Sequence record: NC_105512.1
Direction: 5' to 3' (one strand)
Origin: Escherichia phage JLBYU43
DNA length: 64,000 bases
Shown here: positions 43,305 to 53,648 of the stretch, one piece after another
Position numbering within the stretch: position 1 is the stretch's first letter
Layout: every line of letters starts with the position of its first letter
Position numbers and translations under genes: made by a program
Notes under the pieces: generated by a model
What the model saw: only the letters and a program-made list of their open reading frames with translations
Told to the model about the DNA's origin: nothing
Databases searched by the model: none

Positions 43305-44070
43305 GTCTTGGGGCGAAACTACTGGTGGTTCTAACGATAAAATCGAATTCCTGAAGTTCAACAACGGTATCACTCGTGTTCGTATCGTTTCTGGTGTTCT
43401 TCCACGTTATGTTTATTGGCTGACTAATAAAGATGGTAACGCAGCTCCTTTCGAATGTCTCCGTTTTAACCGTGACAAAGAGAGTTTTGTTCGTGGTAAA
43501 GCTGATCCGGTTCATGAGATGGGCTTCTTCGAGAAAGAGCTGGATAAAGATGGTAATCGTGTTCCGCTGAAACCGAAGAAAAACTATATCGCTTTTGTTA
43601 TTGACCGTTCTGATAACAAACTGAAAGTAATGGAAGTTAAGGCTACTATTCTGAAAGGCATTCAGTCTATCATGAAGCAGTTGAGTCTGGCAACTCCGTT
43701 TGATATTGATATTTCTATCGAGAAAAAAGGTAAAGGTTTCGATACTGAGTATGATGTACAGCAGATTGCTGCTATGCAGTTCCAGATTAAGCTGCAAGAT
43801 CCTAACAGTGCGGAATCTAAGCAATATGCTGCGGATGTCGATCTGATCGGTGAAGCTATGTGTGATGAAGATGGCGACATCATTAAGTTCGAAAAAGTTC
43901 CTTCTCTGGAACAAACCTATCCGGTTCCTACCTATGAAGAGCAGAAAGAAGCAATTCTAGCCTTCATGGAGGGTCGTGAGAATAAAGATGATGATGCCAA
44001 ATCTGGTAATAGCAATGCAGGTTCCCAGAAAGGTATTGACTCAGAAGCTGCAAGCGATCTGGACGACTAA
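43297..44070 (+). CDS. putative single-stranded DNA-binding protein (acidic C-terminal tail), host-like codon usage
   Basis: E. coli-optimal codons; acidic C-terminus ending DSEAASDLDD as in phage SSBs; AAAGAGGAAA RBS. Function inferred from composition and position. Confidence 0.55.
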   Translation: MAKSWGETTGGSNDKIEFLKFNNGITRVRIVSGVLPRYVYWLTNKDGNAAPFECLRFNRDKESFVRGKADPVHEMGFFEKELDKDGNRVPLKPKKNYIAFVIDRSDNKLKVMEVKATILKGIQSIMKQLSLATPFDIDISIEKKGKGFDTEYDVQQIAAMQFQIKLQDPNSAESKQYAADVDLIGEAMCDEDGDIIKFEKVPSLEQTYPVPTYEEQKEAILAFMEGRENKDDDAKSGNSNAGSQKGIDSEAASDLDD

Positions 44071-44106
44071 TAAATAGAGGGGCTTCGGCCCCTTTCTTTT
44101 TAACCA

Positions 44107-45084
44107 ATGAGAATATTATTTAGTGCTGATCATCATATCAAACTAGGACAAGATAAAGTTCCAAAGGAATGGCAGAAGCGTCGCTTTCTGATGCTAGGAG
44201 AACGGTTAAATGATATATTCCATAATCATAACTGTGATCTTCATATTGCTGGTGGTGATATACTTGATGTTGCCGACCCGTCGTCAGAAGAAATAGAACT
44301 GCTTGAACAGTTCATGTCAAGACTTGACCATCCAGGCAAAATCTTTACTGGAAATCATGAAATGTTAACTAAAACCATTTCATGTCTATATCATTATGCA
44401 GGAGTTATTAATAAAGTAACAAGTGGTAAGTGGGAAGTAATTACCAAACCATATCGTTCCCCTGAATTTGATATTGTTCCGTACGATGAAATCCATAAAT
44501 CTAAGTGGAAACCATCTGAATCAAAACTATGTTTCACGCATGTTCGTGGTGAAATCCCTCCACATGTAAAACCAGAAATTGATCTAACTAAGTACAACTG
44601 TTATGATACTGTAATTGCTGGAGATTTACATTCTTATACTAATAGCCAGACTATCGGGTCTACTAGACTCCTCTACCCAGGGTCTCCATTAACTACATCG
44701 TTCCATAGAGAACGCACAAAAGGTACAAATGGTTGCTTTATCGTTGATACCGACACATTAAAAGTAGAATGGATTGAACTCGGTGATTTACCACAACTGA
44801 TTCGTAAAACAATTGGAGCTGGTGAAGAGATGGAACCTAGTGATTATGATCGTGTAGTCTATGAAGTTACTGGTGACGTTGTTCAATTAAAGTCTATTAA
44901 AGACTCTGATTTATTAGATAAGAAGATTAACCATCGAGTTACTAAAGATGCTAAGTTAAATCTTGTTGATCTTGATATGTTAGGTGAACTTGAACTTTAC
45001 TTCCGTGAAGTCGAGAAGCTATCTCAAGGCGACATTGATAGAATCTTGGCTAGAGCTGCGAAATATGTCAAAGATTACAATTAA
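44107..45084 (+). CDS. Mre11/SbcD-like nuclease
   Basis: Calcineurin-like phosphoesterase motifs (ILFSADHH, GGD, GNHE, GDLH). Confidence 0.75.
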   Translation: MRILFSADHHIKLGQDKVPKEWQKRRFLMLGERLNDIFHNHNCDLHIAGGDILDVADPSSEEIELLEQFMSRLDHPGKIFTGNHEMLTKTISCLYHYAGVINKVTSGKWEVITKPYRSPEFDIVPYDEIHKSKWKPSESKLCFTHVRGEIPPHVKPEIDLTKYNCYDTVIAGDLHSYTNSQTIGSTRLLYPGSPLTTSFHRERTKGTNGCFIVDTDTLKVEWIELGDLPQLIRKTIGAGEEMEPSDYDRVVYEVTGDVVQLKSIKDSDLLDKKINHRVTKDAKLNLVDLDMLGELELYFREVEKLSQGDIDRILARAAKYVKDYN

Positions 45085-46903
45085 GACACTAAAATTTAGT
45101 AACGTTATGTCTTACGGTAAGGACATCGTAATTCATTTCGATAAGAATCCAGTTACTCAACTAATTGGCGGCAATGGACTAGGGAAATCTACAATTGCCA
45201 CTGTTATTGAAGAACTCTTTTATAATAAGAACTCACGCGGTATTAAGAAGGATGCTCTGTTCTCCTGGTCTTCTCCGAAAAAAGAATACGATATGCACGC
45301 TTACTTCTCGAAAGATGAAGATGAATACGAACTGCATAAAGTAGTTAAGTCAACTGCCAAAGTAACTCTTATTAAGAACGGAGAAGATATTAGTGGACAC
45401 ACGGCAACTCAAACGTACAAGATGGTTGAAGAGATTATGGGAGGTGACTTCCAAACATTCACCAAACTAATTTATCAATCAGTGGGTTCCAATCTAGACT
45501 TTCTAAAAGCAACAGATGCAACACGTAAGGCTTTTCTTGTTAACTTGTTCAATCAAGAACAGTACAAAGAAATGTCAGAAACTATTAAGGCTGACCGTAA
45601 AGAAATAGCAAATACCTTAAATAATTTGCAGGGCCAAATGGCTGTAATTACGAAAATCCTTAATGGGAAGAATAATCTGGGAACTTTGCAGGAACCGGTA
45701 GAAGTACCAGAGTTTGATGAAGAGCCATTAGCACAAGAACTTACTGAATCGAAAATTAAGGCGGCATTAGCCAAGTCTCAAGAGGCTAATATTACTAAAT
45801 TGCGTAATTTGGACAAAGCTGTACAAGTTGCCGAACAATCTTTCGAGCCTTTCAAAAATTTGCCTGCGCCCATTGACCAAAATGAAGAGATCTCAAGTGT
45901 TACGCGTGACCTAACGATTGTGACCTCACGTGCGGGCGAAGTCAAGAAACGTTATCAGAAGTTCAAGCAAGAAGCTTCAAATACTGAATGTCCTACTTGT
46001 GGTACTCATCTGGATACAACTGCTGCTCAAAAAGCAATGGATATGGCTAGAACAGAATATGATCCTCTGTTCAAAGAGAAGCAATCTCTTGAAACCAAGC
46101 TAGAACAACTGAAGAAAGAACAACTTGAGTACGTTGCATATACTAGAGCAAAGGATGCTTTGGATAAAGCAGTGGTAGCTAGAGACGAGTTCAAAAATTC
46201 AATGAGTGATGCTTCTTTTGAAGAACTCAATGTGCAAATCCTACAGGTGCAAATCCGACAATTAGAACAGGAAATCGCTGATGGCCGTTCTAAGGTTGCA
46301 ATTGCCAAAGAGCATAATGCAAATGTTGAATTAGCCAATGCAAAATATAAAGCGAAACTAGAACAGATTGAGAAAGCTGAGGCAGAAATGTCTGAGATTA
46401 CTTCCAAACTGGATGGAGTATCAGAAGCTGTTGCTGATCTCGATATTCTGATCGCCGCATTGAAAAATCTGGTAGGGTATAAACTAGAACATAGTGTGAA
46501 AGTATTTGAAGAGCTTATTAATAAATACCTTTCTATTATGACTGGTGGTAAATTCGCACTTGGATTTGAACTTGATGAAACAAAATTACAAGTAGTAATC
46601 TTCAATGATGGAAACCGCACCAGTATGGAGAACTGCTCTACAGGTCAGCAGAGTAGAATTAACCTAGCAACTCTGTTAGCTATTCGAATGCTGTTAACAT
46701 CTATTAGTAAAGTTAATATTAATCTTCTGTTCCTTGACGAAGTTATTAGCTTTATTGATACGAAAGGACTTGATACTCTCGTTGAATTATTAAATGAAGA
46801 AGATAGTCTGAATTCTATCATTGTTTCTCATGGGCACTCTCACCCGCTGGCCCATAAGATTACAGTTAAAAAAGATGCAGAAGGATTCTCCTATTTAGAA
46901 TGA
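45065..46903 (+). CDS. Rad50/SbcC-like ATPase
   Basis: Walker A GGNGLGKST, long central coiled coil with CxxC zinc hook (CPTCGT), C-terminal signature and Walker B (LLFLDEV). Start set at MSKITIKTLKF inside the 3' end of the nuclease gene. Confidence 0.75.
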   Translation: MSKITIKTLKFSNVMSYGKDIVIHFDKNPVTQLIGGNGLGKSTIATVIEELFYNKNSRGIKKDALFSWSSPKKEYDMHAYFSKDEDEYELHKVVKSTAKVTLIKNGEDISGHTATQTYKMVEEIMGGDFQTFTKLIYQSVGSNLDFLKATDATRKAFLVNLFNQEQYKEMSETIKADRKEIANTLNNLQGQMAVITKILNGKNNLGTLQEPVEVPEFDEEPLAQELTESKIKAALAKSQEANITKLRNLDKAVQVAEQSFEPFKNLPAPIDQNEEISSVTRDLTIVTSRAGEVKKRYQKFKQEASNTECPTCGTHLDTTAAQKAMDMARTEYDPLFKEKQSLETKLEQLKKEQLEYVAYTRAKDALDKAVVARDEFKNSMSDASFEELNVQILQVQIRQLEQEIADGRSKVAIAKEHNANVELANAKYKAKLEQIEKAEAEMSEITSKLDGVSEAVADLDILIAALKNLVGYKLEHSVKVFEELINKYLSIMTGGKFALGFELDETKLQVVIFNDGNRTSMENCSTGQQSRINLATLLAIRMLLTSISKVNINLLFLDEVISFIDTKGLDTLVELLNEEDSLNSIIVSHGHSHPLAHKITVKKDAEGFSYLE

Positions 46904-47409
46904 AAAAGCAAGATATAACTGTAGAGTTCCTACAGGATAGGTATGAAATTAGAGACGGTACTCTATTTCATAGAAAATCAGTAGGATCAGCTAAGAAAGG
47001 ATCTAGAGTCGGATCCCTGTCTAAAGATGGGTATTATAGAACAAGTATTAAAGGGACAGAATACAGAGTATACGATTTAATTTACTTTATGGCCAACGGT
47101 ACCTGGGCAGACTCAGTGGATCATAAAGATAGAAATAGGCAAAATGATATTCCAGATAACTTACGTAATGCTTCTAAGTCTCAGCAAGCTCAAAATAGAT
47201 CTTCTAGGTCTAAGGCTACTAAGTATAAAGGTTTAGATTTCCCTAACGGTAGAGATGGTAAACCCAGGGCTAGAATTAAGAACCCTAATACTGGTATTAG
47301 AGAAAACTTAGGATCTTTTAATACTCTAGAGGAGGCCGCCAGAGCCTATGATATTAAAGCAAAAGAATACTTCGGAGATTTCGCAGTATTAAATTTCCCA
47401 GAGGAATAA
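46900..47409 (+). CDS. HNH homing endonuclease with AP2-like domain
   Basis: HNH (VDHKDRNRQNDIPDNLR) then YKGLDFPNGRDGKPRARIKNP...EEAARAY; paralog of CDS 5996-6478. Confidence 0.75.
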   Translation: MKKQDITVEFLQDRYEIRDGTLFHRKSVGSAKKGSRVGSLSKDGYYRTSIKGTEYRVYDLIYFMANGTWADSVDHKDRNRQNDIPDNLRNASKSQQAQNRSSRSKATKYKGLDFPNGRDGKPRARIKNPNTGIRENLGSFNTLEEAARAYDIKAKEYFGDFAVLNFPEE

Positions 47410-47891
47410 TGGCAATTGATAGTAGAGAAAAAGGAAAGAGAGCAGAGTATCAAGTTAGGGATATTTTAAGAGAGCGTACAGGTCTTGAGTGGGAGCGTGT
47501 ACCTGGCTCAGGTGCTTTCGGTCAAAGTCATGGGTTGAAAGGTGACATCTATCTCCCGCCCCAAACAGGTAAAATCAGCAAGTATTGTTTTGAAGTAAAA
47601 CATTACAAAGATGACGCATTATCAAGTAATTTATTTAATGTTGGTGAATCCACTTTAGAGAAGTGGTGGCAGCAGTGCTCACGTGAAGGTGAGCAGATGA
47701 ACTCCAAACCTGCATTAATATTCAAAAAAGACAGAGGACAGTGGTTAATAGCTTTGGATAGCTCAGACCCGATGGTTGACAACTTAATGAGTCGTACCCA
47801 TATGGTGTTAAATAAGAAAGACATGGAAATCGTAATTGGTTTATTTGAGCCGTGGCTACATCATGCATCTGTTGAGGACTTAATTAAATAA
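47409..47891 (+). CDS. hypothetical protein, possible PD-(D/E)xK nuclease
   Basis: GDIY...FEVKH arrangement resembles a PD-(D/E)xK catalytic core. Weak. Confidence 0.45.
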   Translation: MAIDSREKGKRAEYQVRDILRERTGLEWERVPGSGAFGQSHGLKGDIYLPPQTGKISKYCFEVKHYKDDALSSNLFNVGESTLEKWWQQCSREGEQMNSKPALIFKKDRGQWLIALDSSDPMVDNLMSRTHMVLNKKDMEIVIGLFEPWLHHASVEDLIK

Positions 47892-48766
47892 TGAGTAAAT
47901 CCTGGGGAAAATTTATTGAAGAAGAGGAAGCTGAAATGGCTTCCCGTCGTAACCTAATGATTGTCGATGGAACTAACTTAGGCTTTCGCTTCAAACATAA
48001 CAATAGTAAAAAACCATTTGCCTCAAGTTATGTTTCCACTATTCAGTCTCTTGCAAAATCTTATTCTGCTAGAACTACAATAGTTTTAGGAGATAAAGGG
48101 AAGTCTGCATTCCGCCTAGAGCATCTCCCCGAGTATAAAGGGAACCGAGATGAGAAGTACTCGCAGCGTACGGAGGAGGAGAAAGCGTTAGATGAGCAGT
48201 TCTTCGAGTATTTGAAAGATGCTTTCGAATTATGTGAAACTACATTCCCAACTTTCACTATTCGGGGCGTAGAAGCAGACGACATGGCAGCTTATATTGT
48301 TAAGCTCATCGGGCATCTATATGATCACGTTTGGTTGATTTCTACTGACGGTGACTGGGATACTTTATTAACTGATAAAGTTTCTCGCTTCTCTTTCACA
48401 ACACGTCGTGAATATCATCTTCGTGATATGTATGAGCATCATAATGTTGACGATGTAGAGCAGTTTATCTCCCTGAAAGCAATTATGGGTGATTTAGGGG
48501 ATAATATCCGAGGTGTTGAAGGTATTGGGGCAAAGCGTGGGTATAATATTATTCGTGAATTTGGTAACGTTCTGGATATTATTGATCAGCTCCCACTACC
48601 TGGAAAACAGAAATATATACAGAATTTAAATGCTTCAGAAGAATTGCTTTATCGAAACCTAATTCTGGTTGATTTACCTACCTACTGTGTGGATGCTATT
48701 GCTGCTGTAGGTCAAGATGTATTAGATAAGTTTACAAAAGATATTTTGGAGATTGCAGAACAATGA
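47891..48766 (+). CDS. flap endonuclease / 5'-3' exonuclease
   Basis: N-terminus MSKSWGKFIEEEEAEMASRRNLMIVDGTNLGFRF and downstream acidic clusters match the T5 D15 5'-exonuclease as recalled. Confidence 0.85.
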   Translation: MSKSWGKFIEEEEAEMASRRNLMIVDGTNLGFRFKHNNSKKPFASSYVSTIQSLAKSYSARTTIVLGDKGKSAFRLEHLPEYKGNRDEKYSQRTEEEKALDEQFFEYLKDAFELCETTFPTFTIRGVEADDMAAYIVKLIGHLYDHVWLISTDGDWDTLLTDKVSRFSFTTRREYHLRDMYEHHNVDDVEQFISLKAIMGDLGDNIRGVEGIGAKRGYNIIREFGNVLDIIDQLPLPGKQKYIQNLNASEELLYRNLILVDLPTYCVDAIAAVGQDVLDKFTKDILEIAEQ

Positions 48767-49209
48767 TTAAAATTAAATTAACTCATCCAGATTGTATGCC
48801 TAAGATTGGTTCCGAAGATGCCGCAGGTATGGATTTGCGAGCGTTCTTTGGTACTAATCCTGCCGCAGATTTACGTGCTATTGCACCAGGCAAATCCTTA
48901 ATGATTGACACCGGTGTCGCGGTAGAAATTCCGCGAGGTTGGTTCGGTTTGGTAGTTCCTCGCAGCTCTTTAGGTAAGCGTAAACTAATGATCGCAAATA
49001 CCGCAGGAGTGATCGACTCAGACTACCGTGGTACTATTAAGATGAACCTGTTTAACTACGGTTCTGAAATGCAAACTCTGGAGAATTTCGAGAGACTTTG
49101 TCAGCTAGTGGTACTACCACACTACTCAACCCATCATTTTGAAATCGTTGACGAACTAGAGGAGACTGATCGTGGAGAAGGTGGCTTTGGAAGTTCAGGA
49201 AGCAAATAA
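48763..49209 (+). CDS. dut: dUTP diphosphatase
   Basis: dUTPase motifs (AAGMDLRA, PRSS, ANTAGVIDSDYRG). Confidence 0.85.
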   Translation: MIKIKLTHPDCMPKIGSEDAAGMDLRAFFGTNPAADLRAIAPGKSLMIDTGVAVEIPRGWFGLVVPRSSLGKRKLMIANTAGVIDSDYRGTIKMNLFNYGSEMQTLENFERLCQLVVLPHYSTHHFEIVDELEETDRGEGGFGSSGSK

Positions 49210-49435
49210 TTTTACTGATCCTAATACGGTAGGTGTTGATACTAATACATTAACTTACCAGAGTAAAACTACTGAACCAGAAACGTTTGTGCTAAAAACA
49301 GATAAAGAGGGTAATGTTACCTTCTGGGATCCTGAAGGTTTTGTAGAGCTTTGTACTAATACAGATAATGAGCAGTTAAAATTACTACTAACTATTTATA
49401 ATCTTGGTATTATAGAAGGTTGTAGAAGCGAATAA
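49172..49435 (+). CDS. hypothetical protein (87 aa)
   Basis: ORF-track ORF overlapping the dut 3' end; last plus-strand ORF before the bidirectional terminator. Confidence 0.4.
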   Translation: MEKVALEVQEANNFTDPNTVGVDTNTLTYQSKTTEPETFVLKTDKEGNVTFWDPEGFVELCTNTDNEQLKLLLTIYNLGIIEGCRSE

Positions 49436-49443
49436 TAGAAAAA

Positions 49444-49468
49444 CCCCAGTGGATTTTGTCCACTGGGG
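49444..49468. terminator. bidirectional intrinsic terminator between convergent genes
   Basis: CCCCAGTGGA/TCCACTGGGG 10-bp stem with 5-nt loop; T-runs on both strands (TTTCTCTTTT on plus, TTTTTCT on minus). Confidence 0.75.
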
Positions 49469-49476
49469 TTTCTCTT

Positions 49477-52400
49477 TTATTGTGCCTTATTTGCTAGTAG
49501 AGAATTAACTACTAACGTTAGGTCTGCAATTTGCTTTTTAAGATCAGATACTTCTGATTCTAGGGCTGTGATTCTGCTATCAGATTCTCTGCCTGCTTGT
49601 ACTAACAGACCTGTTATAGCCGCATAGTCAACAGAATAGAAACGTTCCTCGCCAACTAGTTGCTCACCAGTAAGTGTAGGCCCTTCAAGATCTGTATATT
49701 TTGTAAATCCACTTACAGCCTCCGGTAGCGCTTCCATCACTTCCTGAGCTATAACACCAGCGTAAGGCATCCCATTTTTCTTAAGGGTATAAGTATAGCC
49801 TTTCATTTTGCGCAATGATTCAGTGGCGTTTTGGATTTCCTCAATATTATCCTTCAGATCTCTATCGGATGACTGAGTAATGTTTGTTACTTCAACGCTT
49901 CCATTAACATTAAAAACACGGGATCCATCAGTGCTTTGCTGAGCATAGAACAAATAACCATCTGGTAGCTTGCATTCAACAACAGATGGCCTAGTAGTAC
50001 TACCCCATAGCAGGATAGAAGCATTTTTTGCTGCCGTCATGGTATTCTCATATTTGAATTCACGACCATTACTTCTTCTAACGGAAATACCACTACCATC
50101 AGCAAATATTCCACCGTTATAGCTAGGAGTTCTTAATGTGATATCATCACTTACAGTTAGAGTACTGCCGTTCATATCGTTATGTAGGATAACATCCTTA
50201 GCAGCCCCACCTTTTCCCACGTACCACAGTCTAGCAGAATCTGTTCTACATGCTAAATAACCAACTTGAGACGTATCGGTTCCGGTAAGTCTTATTGATA
50301 AGGCCTCACCAGCTTTAGCTATCGAAACAGGCACACCAAAATCAGCAAATTTATCTGTAATTAATCTGTTCCATGTTCCAATAGTACCGCCCTCAATACT
50401 TCTAGCCCAAAACTTGGAGTTACGGCCAGCAAATTGGGTAGCATAATTACCACTAAACCCTACATGAACTCCACCATATACAACATTATTTTCCGGAGTA
50501 TTAACTTGACCCGCAATACCATAAAACTTATTGACAGTGTTATGTTGTGTATTCCAATCTACACCAGTGGAGGATAAAATACCGGAAGGAGCTGAAAAGG
50601 TCCCCTCTTTATTGAAATTAAAGAATTGGTGGTTAGTACCGGTGGGGTCTCTAACAACAACTTGACCCGCATTTTCACTAGCTCTAAACTCCGCACCATA
50701 TACCGTATTTCCTACTCTATACCTAGAATAGAAGGTGGCATTAGATACAGATATACCGTCAGCAATAACACCATTACCCGCCCCTATAGTACCGCTAAAA
50801 CTAATCTTAGGAGCATATAAAGACAGTTCATCTCCCACGTTCATACCATTAGAAAGAACTATACGCTCACCATTTCCTATATAGTAGTTTCCTTCCGTTG
50901 TTGCTTGATAGAAACCTATACGGTTTAAAGAAAAATCAAACATAGTAAGAACATCAGTTGAATCTGTTGCAGGATTAGCGGTCCCCCATGCGTAAGTTGT
51001 ATTTTTATACGTAAAGTTTGACGTTGGTACAGTTACCTCACAGAATGCAGGAACACGTAACTGGACAGGAAAACCACGGGCCTCAATATAAATTGCAACA
51101 TATCTTTCAGCATCTTTGGAGGAAGAAAGAATACATTTCATTGCAATCTCATTTCTCGCATAGTTATTGAAGTATCCGTACCCACCATCTTTACTATCAC
51201 TCCAACCCCCACATCTAATAAAACCATTGAAACTACAACAGTTCATAGGGTCACTGCCTATAGAGGATCGTGTTTTTACATCAATAAAAGCTCCAGATGC
51301 ATATAGTGAGCTATAAGCAAGGTCAATAATAACAGGGTAGTATTTACCCTCCTCAACACCCGCAGGTGCATTAAGTGTTAACCATTCACCACCGCCTATA
51401 GATGGTATCTGAAGATTTGTTTTGGCTTCAGATATAGATAAGCCTCCAGTACCCCCCTGAGTTATAGGTAGGGCTATAAGTCTTTTTAATTCTTTATCAT
51501 AAGCCCCCCAATTTTTATTATCTGTAATAAAAATTTGAGCTGTACCGGCATGGTTTACTACATGTGTTTCACCTGTAGCCTGTACGAACCTATTTACCTG
51601 TAGGTTTACTTTAGAAGTGGCTACATCTGACAAGCTTATAGCATTACCAATAAAATTACCGTTTATCTGGAAATTACCGTCAATACTTAAGCCAGCATAT
51701 TTATTGGTATTAGCATCAGATTGTAGGTGTAGTGTCAACCAAGCTTTGTTATCCCCACGTATTTCTGAGTAAATCCTACTACGAGCTCTCTGTACTCCAG
51801 AAGTATCCCGTAAGAACTGACTAAGTATTCCAGAAGAAGCTTGTGCAGAGTCATTTTCAACAAGAAGCTGTAAATGCGCAAACGTTGGAGAACTGCTACG
51901 TCCTAATCCTAGATTTGTACGAGCGTCATCGGTGGTAACTCCTCCCGTACCACCCTGAGCTACGGCGAGGGGTTGCCATCTACTAGCTTTAGGGTTAAAC
52001 GCACCCCACTGACCATCAGCATCAACCTGTAAGTAACAGCCGTCCTTCTGAACGTCAGTGGACAAAATGATAGTTCTTGTATCACTAGAACGCTGAAAAC
52101 GGTTTATCTGTAGGTTATTTCTTGCTTCCGCAGCTGATCTACCTCCAGTACCTCCTTGTCCTACTGCAAGAGGTATATATGCTCTATTCTCTATATCATA
52201 AGCTCCCCAAAGTTTACCACTAGTAATAACGATTTTAGCATTATTGCCCGGGTTTAACAACTGGGTCTCAGAGCTAAGCTGTACAAGCCTGTTTACATCA
52301 TCTATTCTAGCATTTTTAGTCCATAAGGGTCCACTCTCCGGTCTCCAGCGATATGAGTATATTGCTCTAGTAGATGAACCTACAAAGAGACCAGCAAAGG

Positions 52401-53226
52401 AAGGTACACCATCAGTACCTGAAATAAATCCGGTAAGAACTGTTTCACCTACTGCTATACTAGGAAAACCTGTAGCCGTTTCGTATATTCTTAGAAACCC
52501 CAGAAAATTGGAAGGATTACCAGAAATATCCGGACAATCTCTTGGGGATTCCCCAAGACCTATAGAGGCTTTCATACCAGAAGCTACATTTTCAGCTTTA
52601 GTAGCAGATGCCGCCGCATTAGTTTCTGATGTTTTAGCATTGGTTTCTGATTCTTTAGCAGCACTAGCACTGTTAGCAGCAGCAGTTTTACTACTATTAG
52701 CGTTAGTTTCAGAGGTTTTGGCCGCAGAAGCAGATGCTGCAGCATTAGTTTCTGAAGTTTTAGCAGCTGATGCAGAAGCAGCCGCAGCAGTTTTGCTACT
52801 ATTAGCATTGGTCTCAGAAGTTTTAGCCGCTGTTTCACTAGCTTTTGCGTTAGTTTCTGAAGTTTTTGCAGCCGTCTCACTAGCTTTTGCATTGGTCTCA
52901 GAAGTCTTAGCAGCTTTAGCACTATTAGCAGAAGCAGTAGCAGAAGAAGCAGACTGAGTTGCAGATTGCTGGGAAGATGCCGCAGAAATTTCTGCTTCAT
53001 TTTCAGAATCTTTGGCATTTAGTTCCGACTGTTTAGCATTAATCTCTGATTGTTTGGCTGCTGCAGCAGATGCTTTAGAGGACTCTATAGCAGAGGTTAG
53101 CTCCGCAGCAGTAATAGAGCTAATTGTATTTCCCAGAACTATAGTATATTTAGGATACTTACTTGCAGTTACACTATTTTGGTCCATAGTGACCATTTGC
53201 TGTAGAATTATTTTAGTTATAGCCAT
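49477..53226 (-). CDS. ltf: L-shaped tail fibre protein with C-terminal intramolecular chaperone domain
   Basis: 1249 aa; N-terminal low-complexity repeat array (SETNAKASETAAKT...), long beta-rich body, C-terminal S74-type chaperone region (SDRDLKDNIEEIQNATESLRKMKGYTYTLK...AGVIAQEV). Confidence 0.8.
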   Translation of the reverse strand: MAITKIILQQMVTMDQNSVTASKYPKYTIVLGNTISSITAAELTSAIESSKASAAAAKQSEINAKQSELNAKDSENEAEISAASSQQSATQSASSATASANSAKAAKTSETNAKASETAAKTSETNAKASETAAKTSETNANSSKTAAAASASAAKTSETNAAASASAAKTSETNANSSKTAAANSASAAKESETNAKTSETNAAASATKAENVASGMKASIGLGESPRDCPDISGNPSNFLGFLRIYETATGFPSIAVGETVLTGFISGTDGVPSFAGLFVGSSTRAIYSYRWRPESGPLWTKNARIDDVNRLVQLSSETQLLNPGNNAKIVITSGKLWGAYDIENRAYIPLAVGQGGTGGRSAAEARNNLQINRFQRSSDTRTIILSTDVQKDGCYLQVDADGQWGAFNPKASRWQPLAVAQGGTGGVTTDDARTNLGLGRSSSPTFAHLQLLVENDSAQASSGILSQFLRDTSGVQRARSRIYSEIRGDNKAWLTLHLQSDANTNKYAGLSIDGNFQINGNFIGNAISLSDVATSKVNLQVNRFVQATGETHVVNHAGTAQIFITDNKNWGAYDKELKRLIALPITQGGTGGLSISEAKTNLQIPSIGGGEWLTLNAPAGVEEGKYYPVIIDLAYSSLYASGAFIDVKTRSSIGSDPMNCCSFNGFIRCGGWSDSKDGGYGYFNNYARNEIAMKCILSSSKDAERYVAIYIEARGFPVQLRVPAFCEVTVPTSNFTYKNTTYAWGTANPATDSTDVLTMFDFSLNRIGFYQATTEGNYYIGNGERIVLSNGMNVGDELSLYAPKISFSGTIGAGNGVIADGISVSNATFYSRYRVGNTVYGAEFRASENAGQVVVRDPTGTNHQFFNFNKEGTFSAPSGILSSTGVDWNTQHNTVNKFYGIAGQVNTPENNVVYGGVHVGFSGNYATQFAGRNSKFWARSIEGGTIGTWNRLITDKFADFGVPVSIAKAGEALSIRLTGTDTSQVGYLACRTDSARLWYVGKGGAAKDVILHNDMNGSTLTVSDDITLRTPSYNGGIFADGSGISVRRSNGREFKYENTMTAAKNASILLWGSTTRPSVVECKLPDGYLFYAQQSTDGSRVFNVNGSVEVTNITQSSDRDLKDNIEEIQNATESLRKMKGYTYTLKKNGMPYAGVIAQEVMEALPEAVSGFTKYTDLEGPTLTGEQLVGEERFYSVDYAAITGLLVQAGRESDSRITALESEVSDLKKQIADLTLVVNSLLANKAQ

Positions 53227-53648
53227 TATTGAGTTACCCCATCACTAATATAAACCTTGCCTTCCATAATACGGAAAGAACTAGCAGCACTACCAACAGC
53301 TGTTCTAGTAATAATTACATCATAGTACCCAGCTAATCTCTGTCGAGGGTTATATCTATCTCTTTCTTTAGATGCTTTGGAAGCAATAGTAGTTACGGCA
53401 TTAACAGGTAGACTTATAGATGCTACTCCTTGATTCGCATCAATAATAGATGTAGTAAAAGATGCTAAAGTTTCAGCTCCATCTTCTAAGCTACTTTTAA
53501 TACTTCCCCTAAGAGAGAAGCCAGTAAGATCTACTGGCTTAGATGTAGCAGGATAAACACTATCATCTACATCCATAAATTGCATAAGTAAACCATAAGG
53601 TACGTTCTCATCTACTACTAAATCAATAACTCTATTTTCTGTACTCAT
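53226..53648 (-). CDS. tail protein (T5 p132-like, by size and position)
   Basis: 140-aa ORF between the tail fibre and baseplate genes; assignment by synteny only. Confidence 0.45.
   Translation of the reverse strand: MSTENRVIDLVVDENVPYGLLMQFMDVDDSVYPATSKPVDLTGFSLRGSIKSSLEDGAETLASFTTSIIDANQGVASISLPVNAVTTIASKASKERDRYNPRQRLAGYYDVIITRTAVGSAASSFRIMEGKVYISDGVTQ

Noticed and set aside
52244-53018. ORFs 52244-52957 (+) and 52584-53018 (-) with Ala/Leu/Lys-rich translations
   Set aside because: They lie inside the tail fibre gene's tandem repeat array; repetitive DNA lacks stops in several frames. No RBS or independent support.
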